A stretch of 64,000 bases of DNA from Tubiluchus corallicola (taxonomy: Eukaryota; Animalia; Priapulida). Location: the NCBI GenBank assembly GCA_030141605.1, contig JAQGDQ010000244.1:273745-337744 (forward strand). The letters are read 5' to 3'. Both the position numbers and the translations under genes were made by a program. The notes under the pieces were generated by a model that worked only from the letters and a program-made list of their open reading frames with translations, did not search any database and was not told the DNA's origin. Shown one piece after another: positions 13,246-25,446 of this stretch (position 1 is its first letter; each line of letters begins with the position of its first letter).

Positions 13246-13456
13246 GAGTAGTAGTAGTAGTTGTAGTAGTTGTAGTAGTAGTGGTAGTAGTAGTGTAGTA
13301 GTAGTAGCAGTAGTAGTAGTAGTAACAGTAGTAGTAGCAGTAGTAGTAGTAGTAGCGGTAGTAGTAGTAGTAGGAGTAGTAGTAGTAGTAGTAGTAGGAG
13401 TAGTAGTAGTAGTAGTAGTTGTAGTAGTTGTAGTAGTAGTGGTAGTAGTAGTAACA
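12873..13456. repeat. Imperfect (TAG)n microsatellite
   Basis: Direct reading. Confidence 0.97.
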
Positions 13457-14001
13457 GTATATCGTGGTGAGTTGCGAAGTATGAATAAGTATAATAACGA
13501 GTTCATCTTTTTCAAATGTAGACGTATTTTATTAATTATCGGAGTATAACGTAAATTAAAAGTACATTTCTTTAAATTTTAATAACAATTAAATAACGCT
13601 TTTTAATAATATGCATAGTCGAGAGGTTCAATTTATAATGTGCGTGTGGTTGATGTAAGCTCTGGTTAGACATTAGCCTTGCTAAATGTGGAAAGTGACT
13701 TGATTCAACTTACAAACAAACTGCTTTGAGAAACTCTAGAAATTTTATTTACGAACTTTCAAAAATTAACCTTATTACATCAAACTAATCTAAATCATCA
13801 CAGCATCTAAACGAACTGAACGACTACCACTAGTTACCACAATAATATTGCACGAATTTATCAAGAATGAATTAAATAACAATTTTACAGACATGCTGTC
13901 TTCATAATGCCTCGCATGATAAGTAATTCTCATGACGATATCAAACAGCTACGTTTGAAATTGTGGACCTTTGTGGCTTCCATTATAAATGTATTGTGCA
14001 G

Positions 14002-15825
14002 CTACGGTCTGGCTTCACAAGGATCGCGCGTTTCGCAGATGTAACCATGGACGTTTTTAGCGTCTTCACCCTGGCATCCGTAATCAATCCATTCCCAATT
14101 ACTGTCCTTATTCATTGCCATGCAGTCGTGTGCAGGATTTATCCCGTTTGGCGCGCCCGGCCCCTGGAAACACATATAAGTTAAGTAAGTTTAAAAACCT
14201 GTCAAAGTCGACAGAATAAAAGATGTAGTAGAACTAACCATGTCAGTAAAAATGGATGAAGCGAGGTGAGTGTACATAACAATTCAATTTTTATTTTTTT
14301 ACTTTGACATGGTTAACTGATTTTCTCTCACAGCAGCAGACCTAATAACGAAATAACAAAGTAACGGCCTAGCAAAAAAACGAAATATTATAATGTATTT
14401 GGGATTCACAAATCGAAAACTTGATAAAATTAGAAACCTAGCTATAATTGGTAATTTAAAATTTGTCAGACAACCCCTAAAAATTAACAAAACAAAAAAC
14501 GAACACCAAGTACCTACAACACAATTATCTCAGGTAGGTTAGGCCTTCGACTTTTATAAGTTCTAGAATTACGTACCAATTTGAGTAACCAGACAGAGGT
14601 ACACCAAAGCCCCACCAGTACCAATCAAATTCTCGAGCTAGATCAGTGCCACCTACCCACGGAGTGAAATCTACAAAAATCAAAGAAGAGTAATAATGTT
14701 GTGTAGTTTCACTTGTTGTACTGTATAGTACTCTCAGTCTCAGTCGTAATTACCGCGAAAATATCCAATAAATCCATCATTTGTAGGCCTAAACCACGTT
14801 GGGACGTAACCAGGTTCTAAAGTTAAGGGGAGCAAGCACCTAAAAAAGGCGCCGTAATACATACCAAAAGGCACCCTGACACATGAAGCAATTGTTGTGT
14901 TTGTCTGTCACAACAGATGGTATCAGCATGTGACAAGATTATTACAATACTTAGCCTAAATGAGTTGCGTAAATGCATACTTATTTCAAAAATACTGGAA
15001 GCAGGTTGGTCAAATAAAGTAAAAAAGTTGGTTGTTGAAAAGGTGCAAATCTTGAAAAATGTGTGGTGCGGTTGCTCCCCCTTGCTCGGATATTAGCTAC
15101 GCCACTGATACCAACATTAAAATGTTTGTAGCATCATTTTGTCAGTGGTTCTTCTTTGACGTAATATTTTGACGCAATACAAAAGGTATAAAGATATAGT
15201 GTACTCACTGTTGCCGAAATTTATGAGGATATTTGCCCTGAGAAATAATTGCTCACGGCGGCTGTCGATGCCCACCAATGTGGCATTTTCTTTAATGCAT
15301 CTTTGCTCGGCTTCAAACCAGTTTAGTGGTGATTCCTGGCCGAAATAATAGCAATGGTCTTCGAAGGAAATCCAACCGTCGTTACACGTCTGTGCTGTCA
15401 CCCCTGAAAATTAGCAGTTTGCAATTTCACAAATATCATTAGTATGACATAAATATAACCTTACTAGAATGAATTAAAATCTGTAGTAGCGGTGTTAGTG
15501 CAGTAGCGATATTAGTAACTGCGCTTTACATGTAATTTCAGTTTGTACTGTTGTTCTGATACATGTCATATGACTGTGACTGTTGCAGTGCTTCTGTGAA
15601 AAAGTTACAGCTACGAAACAGTTAGTTACTGTTACTCTTCGTACAAAATATTAATTTAGAAGACGCTTCAATACCTACATTCCGATGCAGTGAGAGTACA
15701 ATACATTAAATCAAACTATCATTAGACGACAAAGATAAAAGCTCTAGTAGAAATATCTGAAAGATTTAGAGATACTTACCCCATACAAATGTCAGAATTG
15801 CAAAAACTAAAAACTGCGACTTCAT
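14002..15825 (-). CDS. Secreted single-domain C-type lectin (paralogue 2), 4 exons, about 166 aa
   Basis: Exons 15825-15780 (signal MKSQFLVFAILTFVW), 15403-15209 (CNDGW..HCYYF..LNWFEAEQRC), 14670-14577 or 14573 (WVGGTDLAREFDWYW..YSNW), 14163-14002 (GPGAPN..HDC..WIDYGC..GYICE..*). The exon 3/4 phase needs an alternative donor or one extra G. Confidence 0.85.
14800..15107. mobile_element. Degenerate hAT-like MITE in CTL-2 intron 2
   Basis: Imperfect inverted ends GGACGTAACC..GGGGAGCAA / TTGCTCCCCC..GCTACGCCACTG. Confidence 0.5.
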
Positions 15826-16839
15826 TTTGATATAGTTTGTAATGTGACAAGCCAAGAGTCATGTAAGATGCATGTAAGCACGAACGAATTTCTAAATTCG
15901 TCACCCTGGATATTGATATGTAGGTAAATTCCCTTTCGCAAAATATTTGGACACTTGTTTATCTATTAAAATTGTGTCACCTGTTCTATTCTCATAGGGC
16001 TATTAAAAAAGCTGCTGGCGGCGCATGATAGCAAGACATTATAACGGCAATCGGCAATTTTTTAATGCTGAAAGTTAATAACTTGTCGTAATAAGAGAGT
16101 TTCTCTAGATATTGAACGAATAAATGTTCAAAAAATAATATAATTCGGTTTGGTGAGCTGGACAACATTCAGACAGGCGATTAGTGACAAAAACAACTTG
16201 TCCACAACTTCTTACGACTTTTTCAATCAAAGCATTTGCAGCACAGTTAAAAATACTCTCCCGTTGACAGTCATATTATTGTTATATTGCCATACGTCTA
16301 AATTGCCAAAGGACAGGCTTAACTACAGTACACTCTCGCAGCTCTTGTGACAGTTAAATTTATGACAAAAATAAAGTAAAAAATTAAAACATTTTAATCA
16401 AAAAATGTTTTGTTTATAAAATTTATTAGGTCTTGTAGTATTCTCATATTTCATACTGGACCATAGGTGACAGAAAAATATTTGTCACCTTAAAGTAACA
16501 ATAAACATCAGCAACTGGGGCCACGTGGGCCTAAATTTTTATTTAAAGGTAAGAATCTTTTTAGCAAACAGAACTAGTGTGCTGTGTATACATAGATAAC
16601 AAAACTAGGTCTTTGGATGTCAGAGATAGTGATTGGGAATTTCCAAAATTTCAGTGTTACAAGGTCTTTTAGCTGTCACAGATATTTCAAAATCCTAAGT
16701 GATCCGCTCAACCTAATTTTGTTATCGGACTGACGGTTTATTTACGTCGCGAGTTGAAGCCTTGGGGTCCTAGCCGTGACAGTTGCAAAAATGGTGTTTA
16801 AAAAACAAGCTTATACAATGTTTCCTTAACTCCTTCAGG

Positions 16840-17530
16840 GCCGCACCATTGAAAATTGGTCTTATAAGACCTATGACTTTACTGCTACTGTATGAGCACA
16901 GACATAACTAATTACTTATAAATTGGATATTGTTCTATTCAGGTAAATCATGGCCATTCAATCATGCTATGTGTCTAGGCATCTATAAAACATGCTTTTT
17001 TCAGGCACTCAGCCTTACCCTATCAAGTTGGTCAGTCTGGTGTACACTTGCGCGATCGTGCACACTACTTTCCTGGTCGTTGGGTGATGCTTGCTATAGC
17101 CCAAACACTGCAGGTATTGGAAGCTTTTTTCCAATTTTTTGTAAATGTAATCTATGTAAGGTAAGCAACTGCACTTCATATATAACTTTGCATGAAAGCG
17201 CAAATTATCAAAATAATATAGTGTAATCGTTGCTTAATGAAAGTAGTTCTTCATGAACCCAAGCAAAATGCAGCGAAAGCTTACGGTTCTGAAGGAGTTA
17301 AATGGTCAGCAGTAACTGCTGATTTCACATGCACAAAAATAAAAACAAATCGCATAAAAGCAAAGGTTACTGTTAAACTTTGTGTTCGATGGTTTCGCCT
17401 AACTGTGCAAGAAAGCCTACATGCCTTAAAGATGCTTGCAGCTATGATCCAACTGTCTCGCGGCTCTCGCGTACCCGTCAGAAAATTATTCTAAATCCAA
17501 CATATGTGAAGCCGTGCAAAATGTTACAGT
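16840..17530. mobile_element. Dispersed repeat, homologous to the element at 59735-60717
   Basis: Shared CCGCACCATT..GGTCTTATAAG..CAGACATAACTAA and TCTGGTGTACACTTG..GATCGT blocks. Confidence 0.6.
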
Positions 17531-19833
17531 TTGCATTCAAACATCTCCTTATTGTTTTTCCAGTTAAGGGAACTGGAAATTGGACGTTTTTAGGTCATTG
17601 TGATTTGGTCATTGTCATATTGTCATGTTACGCTATAATCATCGTTGCTACTAGTTTTACTTTTGTCGTCAAAATTGAATAACGTTATGTTGATATTGGC
17701 ATAACTACTGTAATAATTATTATAATAAAATTAAATTGTAATCTGATATTGTGTTCGAGATTTCGAGTCAGGCCTGAGACTTGTCGCTGTAAGAGCGTTA
17801 TTGTTTCACTTGCCGCAAAGGCGTCGAACTTGAAAACGAAAGTCTTGCCACTGCAATCAGTGCATGCTGCAAAGATTTTGTAGCAGACGATAATGGGAAC
17901 GTGTCTGATAAGCAGCAGAAGCTTTAAATTTTAATATTAGATCACTTTATCGCTAAAATTATTAACTTAATATTAACCTGTTAAAAAGCGGCATATCAAA
18001 TTCAGGTATTGGGAAAAATTGTGTATATATATATAGTGACGTGAAATAATATTCGTTACTTTTATGAATTAGCATACATGTGTGGTTGTTCCTGTTTCTC
18101 ATTGTTGGAATTATACAAATGAATTTAAATGATACTCACTGAGTATGACAACCTTAAATTTAATTATCATTACCATACCGTAGCCGAATTCCTATGTCTG
18201 TTGTGGTAAACAGGCGCGCAATATTTTGCCAACTTTGTTGTGTGATGAGAACTACTTGGTATCGTATCATCAACAAACTGAAAATAGACTACTATGCACC
18301 CAAATAAATGAAAAGAAATCCTTCATGTATTTAAACAAATTTCGTTTAACTGGGTAGCTAAATGCTATATCAATAAATTCGAGGGCAATATTGTTACAAT
18401 AAGCGGAAATCTTACAGTTACTTTTAATCTTACGGCTGCACAGGGAAGTCCAGGTGCTGTGCTACTGCAATGAAATACTCAAACCATCCAATTGTATGAG
18501 TTAGTAACATTTGTAGTTTTTACTATCATCAACTCTGGATTCCATGCTCAAGTTTAGCAGGTTAGAAGATCTGTGTCTGATGGTGTGCTAGAACAAGTGT
18601 CCGGGCACCAAATTGTATTTCATGAATATTTGAGGTTTTGAAGGCGGTTTTAACAACCAAAATTTTTTGAATTTCAGTCATGAGAACAATGAGATAGATC
18701 TATCATGTGCGTTCCGAAAATAGCGTTTTTAGGCAGGATATTTCCGTTATATATAATCGGTTTTGGGGATATGCGTTAAGAATAATTTGGTTCTTTAGCA
18801 TTTTTAAAATTCCATTTATGTTCGATTAGCATAAGGGATTTATTTCATTTTGCGAAAGTAGGCATCTGGGAAAAATTGCATAAGTTTATATAAAATTTGA
18901 TTTGAGTTTTAACAACATTAAATAATTTAAATTCGAATGCTGTTACATAATAAAAGTATTTATCCTTTATTTCCATTCAACAAAGCAAAAGGCCTAATTA
19001 TGTAAAAACAAAAGACTGAATAGAATGCTTGCAATGGGGGGGGGTCTGTTTGCACCACCGTGTTTCTTGATTATAAATCTTTATTTTCCAGTATATCACA
19101 TGTATTTTTTGCTTTTTTTTCTTTTCTTTTGTATTATTCAAAAACAGAAGGATTCTCATTCTACTGTGCAGTAAAATCCCCGTATTTTGCCCGAACTACT
19201 GCTATCGTCAAGAGCAAGGGTAAAAGTGTAAGAATAATAATTATTTATTTTTTTATAGTTTTGATCAGTTACTGTTGATTTTGCAGACCACCAACATTGA
19301 AGACGGGATCTATGAGTGTCGATTCTAGTTTTATTTCCAAAATGAAACATTCTGTAAGTGGCTTTCGATCATGCTAATTTGAACGCGTAATTCGTTTTTA
19401 TTATTTATTATTCAAAAACAGAAACATTCTCATTCTGAATGTAAACTCTCCTTTCAACTGATGTCAGGTCGAATGTTAAACGGTTTTGAACGTCGTGTTA
19501 GCATCACCACATGTCATATAAACGATATAAACGAGCGTTTTGCAATACAAAGAAAGAGATTATATTGTACTAAGTACCTTCCAAGTTGTTAAAAACATAC
19601 TTATTGGTTAATGAATAGAATGTGTCGAGAATATAAATTGACAGACTCAAGCTTTAGAAAGGTAGAGTATTCCAACGTAGTTCATGTAAACTTGAAAAAA
19701 ACGTTTGCTATGTCAATATAAATGGACTGGTGAACAATGAGTGATTCCCAATTTAATGAGAATTATGTTTTATTATTGCAGTGCCGTCTATAAAAACTTT
19801 CAAAACTTCCACACTTCTTGATAAACCGATATA

Positions 19834-21642
19834 ATGGATATACTGTTATCGTTGTTACTGATTGTCATTGTCTTGTCAACTGCATCGTCACAGATACTTT
19901 CTAGTACTGATGTTGTGAGACTCTGCAAGTATCAGGAACACAATAAGCAAGAAAGAATTATTAGTAGCAAATTTTCATCAGTGGTTTTTGTTAGTCAGTA
20001 TAAAGGTGATGATCCTTGTCCTTCACACTTGATCTTTCCGGGATTCCAGTCAAAATTGACAGCATTTATTATTACAATGGATGAAAGTTGGCCTTGTACT
20101 GCACAGACGAAGAAGAGCTCGGACAGTTGGTCGCTCAGATATTCGTGGCAGATTACAATGTTTGACCCCTCTAATGGTTTGAGTCCTGGACTTCAAGTTG
20201 ATGCAACAAAGCAACAGTATAGTTGGTATTGTTCAGAATTCACGCGTGATACTAATGTGAAGGTGTTGATCTTTAACCCACGTGCTCATCCCACACAAGA
20301 GGCAGTTGCTATTGCCGTTCGATCAAATGAAGTACAGGCGAGCAGTAATTACACAATAGAGTTGGCAGCTCTTCAGTTAGATTTAGATGACCATTGTCCT
20401 AATGGTGACTGCTTGGTCAACAATGTGGACTGTTATTGGAAGCGACCGACACCGTATATTGAATGCACCTGTTCAGAAGAATCACAGTCATCCATCTGTG
20501 TTGCATTACACAATCCTGACCAAAGGTGCAGCGAGTGGCCATGTCTGTACAATTGCTTCTCAAGTCCATGTCTCAATGGAGGATCATGTATTACCACAGC
20601 TGCATCTTATGAGTGTAAGTGCCCAGACGGATACACAGGAAAATATTGCGAGGTCTCGACAGATTCACAAAAACAGAAAGAGACCGAATATGTCGAGTGT
20701 GAGGAAGAAGAAGAAGAAGATTGCGTCACCTTTTGTGAACCAGGATTCACCGGAAAGCTTTGTGAGACCGACATTGATGAATGCGCATCTAGTCCTTGTG
20801 AGAATAACAGCACTTGTGAAGAAGATCTGGATTATTACAATTGTATTTGTCAGCCAGGTTTCACAGGTGTAAATTGCGAAGACGACATTGATGACTGTGA
20901 ATCTGCTCCTTGTCAAAATGGAGGCTGGTGTGTTGATGATGTGGAGTACTACACTTGCAATTGTCAACCGGGTTTTACTGGTGACAGATGTGAAGAAAAC
21001 ATCAACGAATGCGAATCTTCTCCATGTCAAAGTGGAGGACAGTGCATGGACGGTGCGAATTATTACCAATGTGTGTGTGAACCTGGACTCACGGGCGATA
21101 AATGTGATGTGAAAGTTGATGAATGTGCATCCGTTCCGTGCCGCAATGGGGGCACGTGTATTGATGGTGACAATTCGTATAAATGTACCTGTAGTTTTGG
21201 ATTTACTGGTCAGTCGTGCACCACTAATATTGATGAATGCTCGTCGGATCCTTGTCTAAATGACGCCTTCTGCTTGGATGGCATTGGTGCATATTTCTGT
21301 TCTTGTCTCACCGGATATACGGGCAGAAACTGTGAAACTAATGTTCCGGCGATTTGTCCAGATGAAAACAAAGATGGAGATCGATGTCTGAATGAAACGT
21401 CATGCGTTTGTGACGATGACTGTGCAGCCATGGAGAGGTGTTGCACGATCGTTTCTTGCGGTCCGGTATGCCGGGGCAGTTTTCCAGAAGGTCCTTACAA
21501 ATACCTACCAAGGTTTCGCAATATTGGCGTTCTGATCGTTTGCATAGGTCTGCTTCTTTTTATCCTTCTGTCCGTGTGTAAACTGGTTTCCAATAGATTG
21601 CGCGCACGGCCTGGTCGATCTCCGATTATTGCGCTCACTTAA
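19834..21642 (+). CDS. Type I membrane protein: signal peptide, divergent N-terminal domain, 6 EGF repeats (5 Ca-binding type) plus 1 degenerate, WAP-like module, TM helix, short tail (fibropellin/Notch-like EGFs)
   Basis: 602-aa uninterrupted ORF; DIDECxSxPCxNGGxC repeats; CP..C..C.CDDDC....CC....CGPVC; TM IGVLIVCIGLLLFILLSVC; splice acceptor TTATTGCAG ending at 19781 suggests a 5' UTR intron. Confidence 0.92.
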   Translation: MDILLSLLLIVIVLSTASSQILSSTDVVRLCKYQEHNKQERIISSKFSSVVFVSQYKGDDPCPSHLIFPGFQSKLTAFIITMDESWPCTAQTKKSSDSWSLRYSWQITMFDPSNGLSPGLQVDATKQQYSWYCSEFTRDTNVKVLIFNPRAHPTQEAVAIAVRSNEVQASSNYTIELAALQLDLDDHCPNGDCLVNNVDCYWKRPTPYIECTCSEESQSSICVALHNPDQRCSEWPCLYNCFSSPCLNGGSCITTAASYECKCPDGYTGKYCEVSTDSQKQKETEYVECEEEEEEDCVTFCEPGFTGKLCETDIDECASSPCENNSTCEEDLDYYNCICQPGFTGVNCEDDIDDCESAPCQNGGWCVDDVEYYTCNCQPGFTGDRCEENINECESSPCQSGGQCMDGANYYQCVCEPGLTGDKCDVKVDECASVPCRNGGTCIDGDNSYKCTCSFGFTGQSCTTNIDECSSDPCLNDAFCLDGIGAYFCSCLTGYTGRNCETNVPAICPDENKDGDRCLNETSCVCDDDCAAMERCCTIVSCGPVCRGSFPEGPYKYLPRFRNIGVLIVCIGLLLFILLSVCKLVSNRLRARPGRSPIIALT

Positions 21643-21753
21643 CAGGGAGAACACTTGTGCTGGTGTAGTGGTGTGATGTTAGTGCAAGAAGTGGTGGCGC
21701 TAGCTGTTATATACAGGTAAAAAAACTGACTGTTTTACAACCTGACGAACATA

Positions 21754-22524
21754 TATAGGTTTTACATGTCAAATGTAGACCTGCGTTAACTCAAATGTAG
21801 ATTTAGGTTATTCAAATGTTTCTTGGTAACTCAAACGTAGACTTAGGTAGTTCAAATGTGTTAACAATGGGTTTCAAGAAATCTTAAGCGCTTTTGGTAA
21901 GTCAAATGTAGACACATGTCAAGTCAAATGTGACATTGGTATCTCAAATGTGGATAGGTGGTAAAGTTTAAGGATGTTAAATTTAATCTTCTTTAATTTC
22001 AATTTAATAATTGCTCCTAAGTTAAAATAACAACTTTTTTATATTTTTCTAATTTGCACTTAATAACTTAATTGCCGATTTATTCAAAGTAATGCATCTA
22101 CATTTGACTTACCTAAGTCGCATTTGAGTTACCAAAACACATTCGAGATTCCTATGTCTACATTTGACTTACCTAAGTCGCATTTGAGCTACCAAAACAC
22201 ATTCGAAATTCCTATGTCTACATTTGACTTACCTAAGTCACATTTGAGTTACCAAAACACATTCGAAATTCCTATGTCTACATTTGACTTACCTATGTCA
22301 CATTTGAGTTACCAAAACACATTCGAAATTCCTATGTCTACATTTGACTTACCTAAGTCACATTTGAGTTACCAAAACACATTCAAAATTCCTAAGTCTA
22401 CATTTGACTTACCTAAATCACATTTGAGTTACCAAAACACATTCGAAATTCCTATGTCTACATTTGACTTACCGAAGTCACATTTGAACTTTCCTGTGTC
22501 TACATTTGACATGTAAAACCTATA
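21754..22524. mobile_element. Foldback/MITE with 27-bp TIRs and an internal 60-bp tandem array
   Basis: TATAGGTTTTACATGTCAAATGTAGAC...GTCTACATTTGACATGTAAAACCTATA; 60-bp unit repeated about 6.5 times (22097-22500); other copies at 45500-45895 and 35250-35487. Confidence 0.88.
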
Positions 22525-23069
22525 GAGTGACCCCATCATGTCGTCGCTCAGGATATGATACAATTGTGTCATTTCTTCGTACCAGCATGAAAGTTTTCAC
22601 CTGGAAAGGATAAAAGAATGTCGTATAAGTAATCTATAGGATATAACCTATATTTAAATCATTTTTATCGACAATTGAAACATTTCTTTACACTTAAACT
22701 TAGAGAATATGGCGTTGTTTTTTGAATTTGAATTTAAGACAGTTCAATTACGTATTTCATTGATAAATTCGTTATGCTAATTAATGATGTTGTTACAATT
22801 CAGATTTTGAATACCTGTTAGAAAATTGTGAAACTGTCTTTGTGTTCGCCGCTTGCTTGACAATATATGAATTATGCAACCAATTGATATTTCATTACAA
22901 GATTATGCTACTTGTTGTAAACGAATAGCAAATTAAGTACTATATTAAAATAACAGTCATATCGTAGTATGTTAATTTCTGTAAAAGAAGCACTATATGT
23001 AACTTGAAATAACGGTATAATTTCGCGACGCAACATAATCTATTCTTGACAGAAGCTTCGTCTACCCTC

Positions 23070-23700
23070 AGAAATCCTGATCCGACGTCCAGCGGGTAGA
23101 ATTGAGGAGCTTGCGTATTTTAGGGCTCACAGGTTTTATGGAAGTGAATAATTCTGCGAAATGCACGATTACGTTTTCAGTTTTAGGGGCATTTCGTTTC
23201 CGTATGATTGTGACAAAGTTCTGGTGAGGACGTAACTAAGTTCACTGAGTGTTTGTACTTCAAGTTACATATACATGCTACTTCATAGAAAGTAATTTTT
23301 CATCACAATTGTTATATCAGGTGGCGAAGAAAAAATCTGGCGAGTTTCGACTACAATAATATTAAAATCGAGTGCCCTGCGAGGTTCAAGTATCACGGTT
23401 GATATTACAAGACATTACCTTTTGGCTGTGAATGTTACAAGTAATTTCTTTGAAAAATATTACAATTGTTATATCTGGTGGGGCAGAAAAAATGTGCCGA
23501 AGTTTGGATTACGATAAAATGAGAAGCAAGTGCGCCCACAAAGTTGAAATTTCAAAGCTTGATACAACTGTATATTAGCTTTTAGCTGAGAAAGTTACCA
23601 GTTCATAATTTTAGTGGTTTCTAAGTTATAGCTAAAAAATTTTGTACATTAAAAAATTAAATACCGTAACAATGTCAGCTACAGCATGAATTAAAAACAA
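23070..23700. repeat. Dispersed repeat, direct copy at about 25870-26360
   Basis: Shared GAGGAGCTTGCGTATTTTAGGGCTCAC..GGTTTTATGGAAG and downstream blocks. Confidence 0.65.
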
Positions 23701-24956
23701 TGAAGTTGACGTAACAATCAAGCAGCAAAACAATCAAGAAATCCACCATTGTTTCTACCACTAAAGATAACGTACTGATAATGATTTGTTACCAAGAAAA
23801 AATTGGATTTAACCCTGTAGTCTCAAACTCCAATCTCGAATACCAATCTGCCGTTTGATACAGAGGAACTAAAGACAAAACTGTTGATTTCACTAATATT
23901 CCTTATTCCTTATTGGACCAAATACTCCTTAAAGGGGTGAAAAACTTTGTCAGGTGTTGGAAGAAACGCTTTTATCTGGTATGCAGTGAAAATGCACCGT
24001 AATAGATGATTTAATTTCAAGCGATTTCATTGTGATCAAAACTTTGCCACGTTTTTGGGCCACCTAATATAAACCACGTATGAAATGTTTATATAACACT
24101 TTTAGAAAGTTGATATAGCTATTTCTGACATTGAAGTCTAAAAGTGGAACGAAAAAAAAACGAGTTTAGGAACAAAAATTTACTAGTAGTTCTACTTTGT
24201 GGAACCCCCGTTCATTTTGATTCATTATAATAAGTAAATACATTTATGTAATATGTGTAAGCGCATCTTAGTAACCATTACGTAATCGGTACTAAATTTT
24301 ATAGCTTTTTCGTAGTTCTATATATAATTAGGAAACCATTTTCAGGCAATGCGTGATCTACATTGTATCTTGCCGATTAAGCAGTTAGTCGACGCGATTA
24401 CCAGTCAGTCTGACTTTTTTGTTAAGAATATCATAATTGATAAATTTGTGAGGATTGGTTTGGTAGAGCAGAAACGCTCAAGACGTTTACAAGAAATAGT
24501 AAAATAATTTTTGTAAAGTTTAAAAGTCTATTACGTTACGCATGCGTGATATGTGTTAGAAAATATTAGACAGTTCTTTTAATTATACTATTTGTTGTTT
24601 TGTAGAAATTACTCGGTAGTTTTTCTGACAAGAATGCTGCACTGTATTCACAGTCTCGTGCAATTAATAATTGTGTTTCGTTACAAAATTTACAATGTTC
24701 GTTGTGCACTTAAAACTAAAATACGCGCAATTATGATTAATACTAAATTTCATTAGTGAATATTACGAAACACTGTGTTTCATAATTGATCGAGTAAAAG
24801 TGCGTATTTTTGTTTTATTTTTTGAGAATGAGAATAAACTTTCTAAATTTATGCTGGATGGTTAGTGTCTGTGTAACTGGGGTTTAATGCATCAAAGATT
24901 CGTCTATTTTACGTATGTGACAGTGTACAGTGAGAGAAAGTTTTATAGCATAGATG

Positions 24957-25264
24957 CAGGGCGTATTTCAGCCTAAGCGAGGCCCGTGGGGCTTGTGAGG
25001 CCCCCTCGGGGGGTGCCGTGCGCCACCATGGTTGACGGCCAGAAAATTTTTGAACTGCTAGAACGCCGGAGAAGCATTTTCAAAGAGAAAATATGGAGTC
25101 ATACAGTTGTAAAAGGAAAGAACAATTGAAAGAAAAACTGCTTTATTCTCAAGACCTGTCCTTAATACTTGTCAATACTCACAAAAACAACATCGCAATA
25201 GTAATACCGTCACTGTACAAGAGGTGTGAAATCATTGAAAACGTGAACATGGCAGCGCGCGAGG

Positions 25265-25341
<77 letters not shown>

Positions 25342-25446
25342 GCAGTATGTTCGCATAAAGCAAAAAAAGTTACCTTGGCGCGAGGCCCCCTGGAGGTTGA
25401 GGCCCCGGGGAAGTATCCCCACTTTCCCCCTCTGAAATAGGCCCTG
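24957..25446. mobile_element. hAT-type MITE containing (GA)n
   Basis: TIR CAGGGCGTATTTCAG / CTGAAATAGGCCCTG; 8-bp TSD CATAGATG / CACAGATG. Confidence 0.82.

Noticed and set aside
10267-13515. Low-complexity ORFs (YYIIL, poly-T/L/Y)
   Set aside because: Stop-free frames of microsatellites; likewise the ORFs at 22124, 25093-25515, 26360, 50303-50748 and 55112-55913.
18570-19062. Transib-like element (CACGGTG end on the minus strand)
   Set aside because: Only one plausible terminus; no matching TIR or TSD found.
20387-21446. Overlapping alternative-frame and antisense ORFs in the EGF gene (and in deacetylase exon 5)
   Set aside because: Shadow ORFs of real coding sequence with no recognisable motifs.
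19834-21642. Notch, Delta or Crumbs orthologue
   Set aside because: No LNR, ankyrin, DSL or laminin-G domains and no Crumbs ERLI tail; similarity is limited to generic EGF repeats.
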